DNA of 64,000 bases from NCBI GenBank assembly GCA_024693225.1, contig JAILLI010000068.1, positions 13,929 to 77,928 on the forward strand. Direction: 5' to 3'. Position numbers and translations under genes: made by a program. This DNA comes from Lachnospiraceae bacterium (GTDB lineage Bacteria; Bacillota; Clostridia; Lachnospirales; Lachnospiraceae). This document shows positions 20,572 through 28,708 of the stretch, piece by piece; the first letter of the stretch is position 1, and every line of letters begins with the position of its first letter. Under the pieces are notes generated by a model that saw only the letters and a list, made by a program, of their open reading frames with translations, was not told the DNA's origin and did no database searches.

Positions 20572-22446
20572 TTACTCCACTGTGACGGATTTTGCAAGGT
20601 TCCTGGGTTTATCAACATCCAGTCCCTTTGACACGCTCAGGTAATAGCCCAGCAGCTGAAGGGGTATTATGGCAAGGCTTCCTATGAAGTGTTCGTCAAC
20701 CTTGGGAACATATACCGCAAAGTTGACGGAATCTTCAACATCATACTTGCCGTAGGAGGTAAGTCCCATAAGGTAGGCTCCCCTGCTCTTGCATTCCATC
20801 ATATTGGACAGGGTCTTCTCATAGAGGTCCGTCTGGGTCAGGACACCAATTACAAGGGTACCGTCCTCTATAAGGGATATGGTCCCGTGCTTCATCTCGC
20901 CCGCTGCATAAGCCTCCGAGTGGATGTAGCTTATCTCCTTCATCTTAAGGGACCCTTCAAGGCAGATGGCATAATCTATACCCCTTCCGATAAAGAATAT
21001 ATCCTTTGCGTTGGAATACTTGGAGGCAAACCACTGGATCCTCTCCTTGTCATCAAGGACCTTTTCCATCTTTTCGGGTATGGATAAAAGCTCATCGATA
21101 TAAGTATCGTACTCTTCTATACAGCCCCTTACCAAGGCGAACTTAAGTGCCAGTATATAGGCACATACCAGCTGGCAGCTGTAGGCCTTGGTAGTAGCTA
21201 CCGATATCTCGGGGCCGGCAAGCGTGTACATGGTATGATCCGCTTCACGGGCTATGGATGAGTCGATGACGTTTACTATAGCAAGTGTCGAAACCCCCTT
21301 CTCCTTTGCCATACGAAGGGCTGCAAGGGAATCGGCCGTCTCCCCCGACTGGGATATCACTATCACCAGGGAATCGGACGGCAGCCGGTTCTTCCTGTAG
21401 CGGAATTCCGAAGCCAGCTCGACCCTTACCTGCAGGTCGCACAGCTCCTCAAGGACATACTGGGCTTCCATGCCCACATGCCACGCAGACCCGCATGCGA
21501 CTATATAGATGGAAGGGTAGGATCTTATCATATCATCGGTAAGCCCGACCTCACCCAGATCGATATCGCATCCTTCATCGGTCTTTCTTATGTACTTATG
21601 AAGGGTATCAAGGACGACCTTGGGCTGTTCATGTATCTCCTTCATCATGAAATGCTCGAACCCGCCCCTTTCGGCAGCCTCGGCATCCCACTCTATGGTG
21701 GTGATCTCCTTTTGTATTTTGTCACCGTCAAGGTTGTAGAAGGATACCTCCCCGGCGCTGATCTCGGCCATCTCAAGATTGCCTATATAGTATACCTGCC
21801 TGGTATGGGACAATATGGCCGGAACGTCAGATGCTATGAAGGATTCCCCATCATTTACCCCTATGATCATGGGGGATTCTTTTCGGGCCACGTATATCTT
21901 GCCGGGATGATCCGAGAACATGACGGCAAGGGCATAGGACCCGCGGACCCTGACTATGGTCTTTGCCAGAGCATCTATGGGGCCCATCTTGTACTTATGA
22001 TAATAATAATCCACCAGCTTGATCAGAACTTCCGTATCCGTCTCCGAATAGAAGCGGTAATCGTGACGCTCCATCTTGGCCTTCAGTTCCTGGTAGTTCT
22101 CTATTATGCCGTTATGGACACCGACGACCTCGGATTCAACGACCCCCGACCCTGAATTGGTGCAGTTGCCCGACACATGGGGATGTGCATTGGTCTGGCT
22201 GGGGCCTCCGTGGGTCGCCCACCTTGTGTGGCCTATGCCGCATGTACCCGTAAGGGCTCTTCCCTCATCGGTCTTCTCTATAAGGTTGTTGAGCTTTCCG
22301 GTAGTCTTGACCACGACTGCAGGGTTTTCCCCGTCCCGGACTGCCAGCCCGGCAGAATCATATCCCCTGTATTCAAGCTTTGCCAGTCCCCCAAGCAGCA
22401 CAGGAGCCGCCTGCTCTCCTCCAACATATCCTACTATACCGCACAT
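20572..22446 (-). CDS. glmS: Glutamine--fructose-6-phosphate aminotransferase
   Basis: The N-terminal nucleophile is in MCGIVGY. Two SIS domains follow, and the C-terminus is KPRNLAKSVTVE. Confidence 0.95.
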   Translation of the reverse strand: MCGIVGYVGGEQAAPVLLGGLAKLEYRGYDSAGLAVRDGENPAVVVKTTGKLNNLIEKTDEGRALTGTCGIGHTRWATHGGPSQTNAHPHVSGNCTNSGSGVVESEVVGVHNGIIENYQELKAKMERHDYRFYSETDTEVLIKLVDYYYHKYKMGPIDALAKTIVRVRGSYALAVMFSDHPGKIYVARKESPMIIGVNDGESFIASDVPAILSHTRQVYYIGNLEMAEISAGEVSFYNLDGDKIQKEITTIEWDAEAAERGGFEHFMMKEIHEQPKVVLDTLHKYIRKTDEGCDIDLGEVGLTDDMIRSYPSIYIVACGSAWHVGMEAQYVLEELCDLQVRVELASEFRYRKNRLPSDSLVIVISQSGETADSLAALRMAKEKGVSTLAIVNVIDSSIAREADHTMYTLAGPEISVATTKAYSCQLVCAYILALKFALVRGCIEEYDTYIDELLSIPEKMEKVLDDKERIQWFASKYSNAKDIFFIGRGIDYAICLEGSLKMKEISYIHSEAYAAGEMKHGTISLIEDGTLVIGVLTQTDLYEKTLSNMMECKSRGAYLMGLTSYGKYDVEDSVNFAVYVPKVDEHFIGSLAIIPLQLLGYYLSVSKGLDVDKPRNLAKSVTVE

Positions 22447-22493
22447 ACTGTCTCCTCCTTCTTAAGTCCCCTTTTATCCTCTCCGCAAAAACT

Positions 22494-23708
22494 TTACAGC
22501 CTGCATATCCTGTCAACGGCCTCCCGTGTATTCTCATGACTTCCGAAAGCCGTCAGGCGAAAGTAGCCTTCCCCGCATGAACCAAAGCCCACACCCGGTG
22601 TTCCCACAACATTTGCCTCCCGGAGGAGATAGTCAAAGAAATCCCAGCTCGACATACCCTCGGGTGTCTTCATCCATATATAAGGAGAGTTCACACCTCC
22701 ATAGGCCTCATATCCCGCCTTCTCAAGTCCCGACCTGATCACGCGGGCATTTTCCATGTAATAGTCAACAAGGCCTCTTATCTCCTTCCTGCCTTCATAG
22801 GAGTATACCGCCTCGCCTGCCCGCTGTACTATGTAGGGAGCCCCGTTATACTTGGTGGCATGGCGTCTTGCCCAGAGTGTATTAAGGCTTACCCCTTCTC
22901 TTTTCAAGTCCTTGGGAACCGTGGCATATCCCAGCCGCAGCCCGGTAAAGCCCGCATTTTTTGAAAATGAATGAAGCTCTATGGCACATTCTCTTGCCCC
23001 CTCACATTCATAGATGGAATGAGGGACATCCTCATCACTTATATAAGCCTCGTAGGCCGCATCAAATATGATGACAGACCCCTTCTTATTGGCATAGTCC
23101 ACCCAGTCCTGAAGCCGGTCCTTTGTAAGGGCCGTACCCGTCGGATTGTTGGGTGAGCACAGATAAATGATATCGCAGTCCTCTTCGGGAAGATCCGGGC
23201 AAAATCCGTTCTCTTTTGTACAGTCAAGATATACCACTCCGGCGTATCTTCCGCTTTTTATGTCATAGTCGCCTGTCCGCCCGGCCATAACGTTTGAATC
23301 GATATAGACAGGATATACCGGATCGCATACCCCTATCCTGTCATCTTTTGCGAATATCTCCTGTATGTTCCCGGAATCGGGCTTTGCCCCATCGGATACG
23401 AAGATTTCATCCTGTCCTATATCGCAGCCTCTTGATCTGTAATCATTGTCGCATATGGCCTTTCGCAGGAAATCATAACCAAGGTCCGGCGCATAGCCCC
23501 GGAAGGTCTTCTCTTCTCCCATCTCGTCAACGGCCTCATGAAGGGCCTTTATCACGGCCGGTGTCAGCGGTCTTGTCACATCACCTATACCCAGCCTTAT
23601 TATCTTCCTGTCCGGCTGCTCCTCACTGTACTGACCCACCTTCTTCGCTATCGTCGAAAAAAGGTAGCTTCCCTGTAGTTTCCCGTAATCACTGTTGATC
23701 CTGACCAT
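22494..23708 (-). CDS. dapL: LL-diaminopimelate aminotransferase
   Basis: The N-terminus [21 protein letters not shown] is typical of DapL. An aminotransferase class I fold is indicated ([14 protein letters not shown]). Confidence 0.85.
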   Translation of the reverse strand: MVRINSDYGKLQGSYLFSTIAKKVGQYSEEQPDRKIIRLGIGDVTRPLTPAVIKALHEAVDEMGEEKTFRGYAPDLGYDFLRKAICDNDYRSRGCDIGQDEIFVSDGAKPDSGNIQEIFAKDDRIGVCDPVYPVYIDSNVMAGRTGDYDIKSGRYAGVVYLDCTKENGFCPDLPEEDCDIIYLCSPNNPTGTALTKDRLQDWVDYANKKGSVIIFDAAYEAYISDEDVPHSIYECEGARECAIELHSFSKNAGFTGLRLGYATVPKDLKREGVSLNTLWARRHATKYNGAPYIVQRAGEAVYSYEGRKEIRGLVDYYMENARVIRSGLEKAGYEAYGGVNSPYIWMKTPEGMSSWDFFDYLLREANVVGTPGVGFGSCGEGYFRLTAFGSHENTREAVDRICRL

Positions 23709-23765
23709 TTTTCCCTCCGATCCAAACTCTCTTATCCGGCCCTTTCGCTCCCTGCATTCCCTGTC

Positions 23766-24305
23766 CTAATGTTCTCCCAATGACAATATCATATGGGCCG
23801 TCTCCGCCATAGTCCGTCCCATATCCATGCTGTTCTTCTGAAGATACCTGTATGCCTCGGGCTCCGTCATGTTGTTCCTGTCCATAAGAAGCCGCTTGGC
23901 TTCATCTATGGTAAGCCTGTCACCGTCTGAACGTACGGTCTTTTTCCTGTCATGTCTCCTGTATGAGACCGGCAGCTGCATCCTTATGCTGTTGACAAAA
24001 TCCGCCGTCTTAAAGGGAAGTGAAAGCATAATGATGTTGCCCGAATACAGACCCGCCTCCATGTTTTTCGTAAGCAGAAGCATGTTGATATTTGCGGGCA
24101 GATAGTTGTAGAGTTCCTCATACCCCATATCCCGCATTCTCCGCGTACAGACCACAAGGCTTATATCCATATCCTCGATCTTTCTCAAGACTTCGGACGC
24201 GGTATCGCATATGTAGACTTCTTCCCAGATATCGCTTCTTTTAATGATATCGGCTATCCGGCAAGAGTCGTCATGTTTGGGCATTGCCACCAGAATTGCG
24301 CCCAT
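23766..24305 (-). CDS. ANTAR-domain RNA-binding antiterminator with receiver-like N-terminal domain
   Basis: The C-terminal block IDEAKRLLMDRNNMTEPEAYRYLQKNSMDMGRTMAETAHMIL matches ANTAR. The gene lies directly downstream of glnA. Confidence 0.8.
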   Translation of the reverse strand: MGAILVAMPKHDDSCRIADIIKRSDIWEEVYICDTASEVLRKIEDMDISLVVCTRRMRDMGYEELYNYLPANINMLLLTKNMEAGLYSGNIIMLSLPFKTADFVNSIRMQLPVSYRRHDRKKTVRSDGDRLTIDEAKRLLMDRNNMTEPEAYRYLQKNSMDMGRTMAETAHMILSLGEH

Positions 24306-24343
24306 ATCGTCTCCTTATCTGACTTATCGTGATCACTGCCTTA

Positions 24344-25630
24344 TCATATCCTGGTCAGATAATTGTCGATCTCCCACCGGGTGACCCTGCTCATGAAGTC
24401 TCTCCACTCATCCCTTTTGATCCTGGTGTATATCCTGATGAAATCAGGTCCCAATGCACTGACCAGCACCTGGTCTTTGCCCAGTTCCGTAACGGCTTCC
24501 TTGAGGTCTTCGGGAAGGGCTTCGACCTCCTCTGTTGACACCTTGTCAGCCCTGCATCCGGGTGCCGTCTTTTTGCTGATTCCGTCAATTCCGGCCGCAA
24601 GGGCTGCGGCAAAGAGAAGGTAGGGATTGGCGGACCCGTCGGGGAATCTTAACTCTATGCTCACATCATCGGGCTCTTTGTTTATAACAACAAGGGCTCT
24701 TTCCCCGTGATCTGCCCATGTCACCAGATCCGGAGCCCAGTTGCCCGCAAGTATCCTCTTGTAAGAATTCACGGAAGGATTACTAATGGCACACATGGCT
24801 CTTGCATGCGTCATGATACCGCCCGTGAACCAGTAGGCCTCGTCCGAAGGCTCCCCGTCGCTGCCTTTAAAGACGTTTACCCCGTCCTTCATGAGCTTTA
24901 AGTGTATATGCATGCCGGAGCCCGCCACATCCTGCCTGGGCTTAGGCATGAAAGTCGCATACATGCCGAACCTTTTTGCTATGCTCCTTACGGCGAACTT
25001 GAAGGTCTGTATGCTGTCCGCCATAGCCATGGCCTCATCTTCCTTAAAGTCGATCTCATGCTGGGCAGGGGCATATTCGTGGTGCGAGGACTCGATATCA
25101 AATCCCATGTCTTCAAGCATAAGGACTATATCGCGCCTGGCGTTCTCACCGAAATCCGAAGGTCCCACATCAAGGTATTCCGCTATCTCATGTGACGTCG
25201 TGGTCGGAAGTCCGTTGTCATCCACATGGAAAAGGAAGAATTCACACTCCGGATATGCATTCATGGTATAACCCTTCTGTGCCGCATATGCTACTGCATT
25301 TGAAAGTATGTACCTGGAGCTGTACTCGAAAGGGTCCCCGTTCTTTTTGCAAACATCGCAGACTATCTTGGCTACCTTGCCCTGCTGGGGTCTCCACGGT
25401 AATATAGAGAAAGTCTCTAAGTCGGGATGGAGATAGAGCTTGTCATCATATTCATACCGGTCTGCAAACATGGCAGACCCGTAAAAAGAATACCTGTTGG
25501 CAAAGACCTTATCCATCTGCCCCGGTGTTACCGCAATGTTCTTCAGTCTTCCGAATATATCGGTAAACTGCAGCCTGATAAACTCAACGCCTTCCTCTTC
25601 TATCATCCTGATTATGTCTTCTTTTCGCAT
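24344..25630 (-). CDS. glnA: Glutamine synthetase, type I
   Basis: I place the start at MRKEDIIRMIEEEGVEFIRLQFTDIFG (ATG at 25630-25628, SD AAGGAGAAGAAT) rather than the ORF-track start at 25714. GS blocks are present, including SGMHIHLKL. Confidence 0.9.
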   Translation of the reverse strand: MRKEDIIRMIEEEGVEFIRLQFTDIFGRLKNIAVTPGQMDKVFANRYSFYGSAMFADRYEYDDKLYLHPDLETFSILPWRPQQGKVAKIVCDVCKKNGDPFEYSSRYILSNAVAYAAQKGYTMNAYPECEFFLFHVDDNGLPTTTSHEIAEYLDVGPSDFGENARRDIVLMLEDMGFDIESSHHEYAPAQHEIDFKEDEAMAMADSIQTFKFAVRSIAKRFGMYATFMPKPRQDVAGSGMHIHLKLMKDGVNVFKGSDGEPSDEAYWFTGGIMTHARAMCAISNPSVNSYKRILAGNWAPDLVTWADHGERALVVINKEPDDVSIELRFPDGSANPYLLFAAALAAGIDGISKKTAPGCRADKVSTEEVEALPEDLKEAVTELGKDQVLVSALGPDFIRIYTRIKRDEWRDFMSRVTRWEIDNYLTRI

Positions 25631-25690
25631 ATTCTTCTCCTTAGATCCTTTACCGGTGTCGCCGCAAGATATGCGGCAGCTTCCACATTT

Positions 25691-25730
25691 AATAAAAAAG
25701 GGCATCATGAACACAATTACCCATGACGCC
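25691..25730 (-). terminator. Intrinsic-terminator-like hairpin inside the glnA 5' region
   Basis: The minus-strand RNA reads GGCGUCAUG-(12 nt)-CAUGAUGCC, a 9-bp stem with one G.U pair, followed by CUUUUUUAUU. It lies about 60 nt upstream of the glnA ATG. Confidence 0.55.
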
Positions 25731-25743
25731 TTTGTCCGTTGGT

Positions 25744-25772
25744 ATTATAATTCAAAAACGGAAGTAAATCAA
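25744..25772 (-). promoter_or_regulatory. Putative sigma-A promoter upstream of glnA
   Basis: On the minus strand, TTGATT (25772-25767) is followed by a 17-nt spacer and TATAAT (25749-25744). Confidence 0.45.
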
Positions 25773-25778
25773 TCGGTC

Positions 25779-25867
25779 TGTAACCGAGGTTGTAACCGAG
25801 GATCCTTTAGTTGTGATCAGAGCTTAAATCCGTGCTTAATTCCGAACTTAATTCCGAACTTAAATCC
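25779..25867. repeat. Two sets of 12-bp tandem direct repeats upstream of the glnA promoter
   Basis: On the plus strand, tgtaaccgagg[t/a] occurs twice (25779-25802). Four contiguous 12-mers follow at 25820-25867: gagcttaaatcc, gtgcttaattcc, gaacttaattcc, gaacttaaatcc. Confidence 0.9.
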
Positions 25868-25922
25868 GGATCCGATCCCGGCGCCGATACCCCGGCCAAC
25901 GGTGATGTTTTCGCATTGGTAT

Positions 25923-25955
25923 AAGAAACAGCCGGTTATTACCCGGCTGTTTCTT
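25923..25955 (-). terminator. Strong hairpin terminating the peptide-export operon
   Basis: The hairpin is AAGAAACAGCCGG-(7 nt)-CCGGCUGUUUCUU, a 13-bp perfect stem. It starts 20 nt after the stop of the 48-aa peptide gene. The U-rich run lies within the 3' arm (UGUUUCUU) rather than after it. Confidence 0.6.
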
Positions 25956-25974
25956 ACTGCCCGCTCCCACGGTC

Positions 25975-26121
25975 TTATTGAAATCTCTCATTATCTATTC
26001 TTGGCATCTGTACACTAAGGCCTCCTGATGCATTATCCATCACTTCGTCCGAGATCATCTCTTCTGTCGTATTATCTTCTTCGTTATCAACCTCTGTCTT
26101 ATTCTTATTATTTTCTTCCAT
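25975..26121 (-). CDS. 48-aa double-glycine-leader precursor peptide B (not in the ORF track)
   Basis: Hand translation gives MEENNKNKTEVDNEEDNTTEEMISDEVMDNASGG/LSVQMPRIDNERFQ, then TAA. SD AAGGAGGG lies 7 nt upstream of the ATG at 26121. The leader is paralogous to that of the neighbouring 81-aa peptide. Confidence 0.7.
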   Translation of the reverse strand: MEENNKNKTEVDNEEDNTTEEMISDEVMDNASGGLSVQMPRIDNERFQ

Positions 26122-26146
26122 TTGAATTCCCTCCTTATCCCGAGTA

Positions 26147-26392
26147 TCAAGCCGGCCCCAGATATTCTCTTCCGCATCCGCCGCATTCGTAGAGATGATA
26201 TCCTTCAGGTCCGTATCCTATTCTGTCTGCGTCGTCTGCTCCGCAAAACGGACAGTGACCACTATGCACTTTACACAGGCTGATCAGATTATCCCAGTCC
26301 ACCTTGTCCCAGTCAAATCCCCCACCGGCTTCATTGAGTTCTTCATCCGACAACATCTCTTCGCCCGTTTGCCCTTTTTTATTATATGTCAT
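26147..26392 (-). CDS. 81-aa double-glycine-leader precursor peptide A with Cys/His-rich zinc-ribbon-like core
   Basis: The product is MTYNKKGQTGEEMLSDEELNEAGGG/FDWDKVDWDNLISLCKVHSGHCPFCGADDADRIGYGPEGYHLYECGGCGREYLGPA. I prefer the second ATG (26392) because GGAGGG lies 7 nt upstream. The ORF-track start at 26407 has no properly spaced SD. Confidence 0.7.
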   Translation of the reverse strand: MTYNKKGQTGEEMLSDEELNEAGGGFDWDKVDWDNLISLCKVHSGHCPFCGADDADRIGYGPEGYHLYECGGCGREYLGPA

Positions 26393-26503
26393 AGCATAAC
26401 CCTCCATTTTCCTTTACATATTTTCACCCGGAAGATCAAAAATCCCATATCTCATTTTCGAAATCCGATCTTTTAAGTTATCTTTATTATACACAAAATA
26501 ATA

Positions 26504-28708
26504 TCACAAACATGTCACACTAAGCGCGAGCATTGTTATATCATCCGCCTGTTCGGCACCATCCGAATACGATGCGATATCATCTCTTACAAGTTTCAAT
26601 AAGCCTTTGCAATCCCTGTATCCATTACCGTTTAACAGTTTTTGAAGTCTTTCTTCTTCGTAAAATCCGCCCCCGCTGTCCCTTGCCTCGGTAACACCGT
26701 CCGTGTATATAAAGATCGCATCACCCGGACACAGCTTTATAGTGAACGTTTTGTATCCGGTATCCGCAAAAAGGCCGAGTATACGTCCTGATCTGTTCCT
26801 GACATACTCCCACCCGCCGTCATGATAAACAAGCGGCGGATTATGGCCGGCATTTACGCATTGAAGGATACCGGTTTTATGATCGAATACCCCGGCAAAT
26901 ACCGTAACAAACATATTCGCGTCATTGCCTTCACACAGTTTGAGGTTGGCATTCTTTATTGCTTCATCTATCCCGATACCGGACTCCATACATGAGTGTA
27001 TCTCGGTCTTGGCCGCCATCATGAACAGTGCAGCCGGGATCCCTTTACCTGATACATCGCCGACCACTATCCCTATCTTATCCTTTCCTATCCTGAAGAA
27101 ATCGTAAAAATCTCCCCCTACCTCCCTTGCAGGATCCATAGATGCATATATATCCATCGATCCGATATCAGGGAAAGCCGGAAAATCGGTCGGGAGTGCA
27201 TTTCCCTGGATATCCGCAGCTATAGACAGCTCGCGTTCGATACGCTCACTGATCTCATCCATGGACCGCTCCAGCGACTCCACGGTCTTATTGATGCCTT
27301 CCGAAAGTGCTGAAAACTCGACTAACCCGCCTACACCTACCCGTTCATCAAGAGCACCTTCCGTTATCTTATGAAGAGAAGCATTTGCTTTATCGATCCT
27401 GCTTACTATTACATGTTCAAGAAGCAGCCGGGTTGTGATAAGTGTAAGTGCAAGGATCGAGAAAGTGATCAGAAGTGACCAGTAAAGTGAAGCAGTTCTG
27501 CCCTTCAGGACCTTTTTCGAATCACACACGACAATATAGTACATGTCATCGAACTTTCTTACTACGCTGTACGTATATATATTTTTTCCTTCATCCGCAA
27601 AATCCTCGGAATAAATGGTGAAGTACTTCTGCCCGGACAGATGATCAAAGAATTCACCGGCAGTAGGAAATCCCCCAAAATAATATCCCCCGCAGAATTC
27701 TTCCAGGGTCCGCCCCAGATGGTAATCCGAATTGGCCCCTACGGCAATACCGTCTTTGAAAACAGCCACTCCGAAATCATTTACAGGATCATATCCTTTT
27801 GCCACTTCATCAATATCTATCCCAAACTCTTTAATATACCTCCTCATCCGGCTGATATCGTACTCCGCATCGCTCACGCTCTGTTCTATGAGCCGGTCAG
27901 TGATCATGAAAAACTGAACGGCAGCAGCGATCATAAAGACATTAAAGGCGATAAGAAACAGCCGGGTTGTGAAGATCTGTCGGACACTTCGCTCGGCGGA
28001 AGCTCTTTGGTCATCGCCTATCAGGCGGTACAGCACCACAGCAGCCGTTCCGGCAAAAAGGGTTTCCAAACCGGCCGTAACGAACGCATAGCTTTTGATA
28101 TATTCCCCCCTGACGTAGGAAAGGACCTGGGGGATCGTCATCTGCCTGTTCATATATTCAGGGGCCATGATAAACAGGTATTCAAAATACAGGGTCAGAT
28201 CTGCTGCCATAAACACTGCCAGGATGGAACATACCATGGCAATGCATTTCTTTGTATCGCTTTTGATCCTGCTCACGATCAGATAAAAGATCATTCCGAG
28301 CAGAAATCCGGCAACAGCAAACGCAACAACGAACCCTATCGGATTAACATGGTTTTTTTCCTCTTCGTCCAGCGGTATATAATACGCGTGAAGAAGCGAT
28401 ACGGTTCCGACAAAGAGGCCGAATATCCCGCCCCGGATCGGGCCAAACAAAAGTGCGCCCACAGCTACCGATACTATCACAAGCCTCAGGTTAAACTCGA
28501 ACAATACCGTCCCGGCTGAGATCTCAAAATGCCTGAAGTCCGCTCCCATCATGATCATTGATAGGCTGAAAACCACCAAGGTTGCGGCAACGGCCCGTTT
28601 CATATTATCACCATGGAGCCGCATTAAGCCTGCCCAATGTATGATGTTTTCTTTTTCTTCTTTTTCCCGACTGTCCATCACCTGTTCACTGTACAAACGT
28701 GAATGCAT
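26504..28708 (-). CDS. Polytopic membrane sensor phosphatase: multi-TM N-terminus, extracytoplasmic domain, HAMP-like linker, PP2C (SpoIIE/RsbU family)
   Basis: The first 280 aa or so contain about 8 hydrophobic segments. A soluble segment of about 110 aa follows, bounded by a further TM (LYWSLLITFSILALTLITTRLLL). The PP2C blocks are GGDFYDF, VVGDVSGKGIPAALFM, NAGHNPP, YTDGVTEA and DDITMLAL. The start is uncertain between 28708 and 28678 (MDSREKEE). Confidence 0.8.
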   Translation of the reverse strand: MHSRLYSEQVMDSREKEEKENIIHWAGLMRLHGDNMKRAVAATLVVFSLSMIMMGADFRHFEISAGTVLFEFNLRLVIVSVAVGALLFGPIRGGIFGLFVGTVSLLHAYYIPLDEEEKNHVNPIGFVVAFAVAGFLLGMIFYLIVSRIKSDTKKCIAMVCSILAVFMAADLTLYFEYLFIMAPEYMNRQMTIPQVLSYVRGEYIKSYAFVTAGLETLFAGTAAVVLYRLIGDDQRASAERSVRQIFTTRLFLIAFNVFMIAAAVQFFMITDRLIEQSVSDAEYDISRMRRYIKEFGIDIDEVAKGYDPVNDFGVAVFKDGIAVGANSDYHLGRTLEEFCGGYYFGGFPTAGEFFDHLSGQKYFTIYSEDFADEGKNIYTYSVVRKFDDMYYIVVCDSKKVLKGRTASLYWSLLITFSILALTLITTRLLLEHVIVSRIDKANASLHKITEGALDERVGVGGLVEFSALSEGINKTVESLERSMDEISERIERELSIAADIQGNALPTDFPAFPDIGSMDIYASMDPAREVGGDFYDFFRIGKDKIGIVVGDVSGKGIPAALFMMAAKTEIHSCMESGIGIDEAIKNANLKLCEGNDANMFVTVFAGVFDHKTGILQCVNAGHNPPLVYHDGGWEYVRNRSGRILGLFADTGYKTFTIKLCPGDAIFIYTDGVTEARDSGGGFYEEERLQKLLNGNGYRDCKGLLKLVRDDIASYSDGAEQADDITMLALSVTCL

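Noticed and set aside
22447-22493. A glmS ribozyme upstream of glmS, as found in many Firmicutes.
   Set aside because: Only 47 nt separate the glmS ATG from the stop of dapL. That is far too short for the ribozyme of about 170 nt, and I see no conserved core.
25631-25714. The upstream start of the glnA ORF (MFMMPFFIKCGSCRISCGDTGKGSKEKN...).
   Set aside because: The GS homology begins at MRKEDII, which has a strong SD. The extension would run through the leader hairpin.
25820-25867. A CRISPR-like or other spaced repeat array.
   Set aside because: The four 12-bp units are contiguous with no spacers. They are far shorter than CRISPR repeats, and no cas genes are present.
25823-25990. A Gly-rich small peptide (…GIGAGIGSGFKFGIKFGIKHGFKL) encoded on the minus strand across the tandem repeats.
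   Set aside because: The frame is open for about 55 codons but contains no ATG, GTG or TTG start with an SD after the upstream in-frame TGA. It also runs through the operon terminator hairpin.
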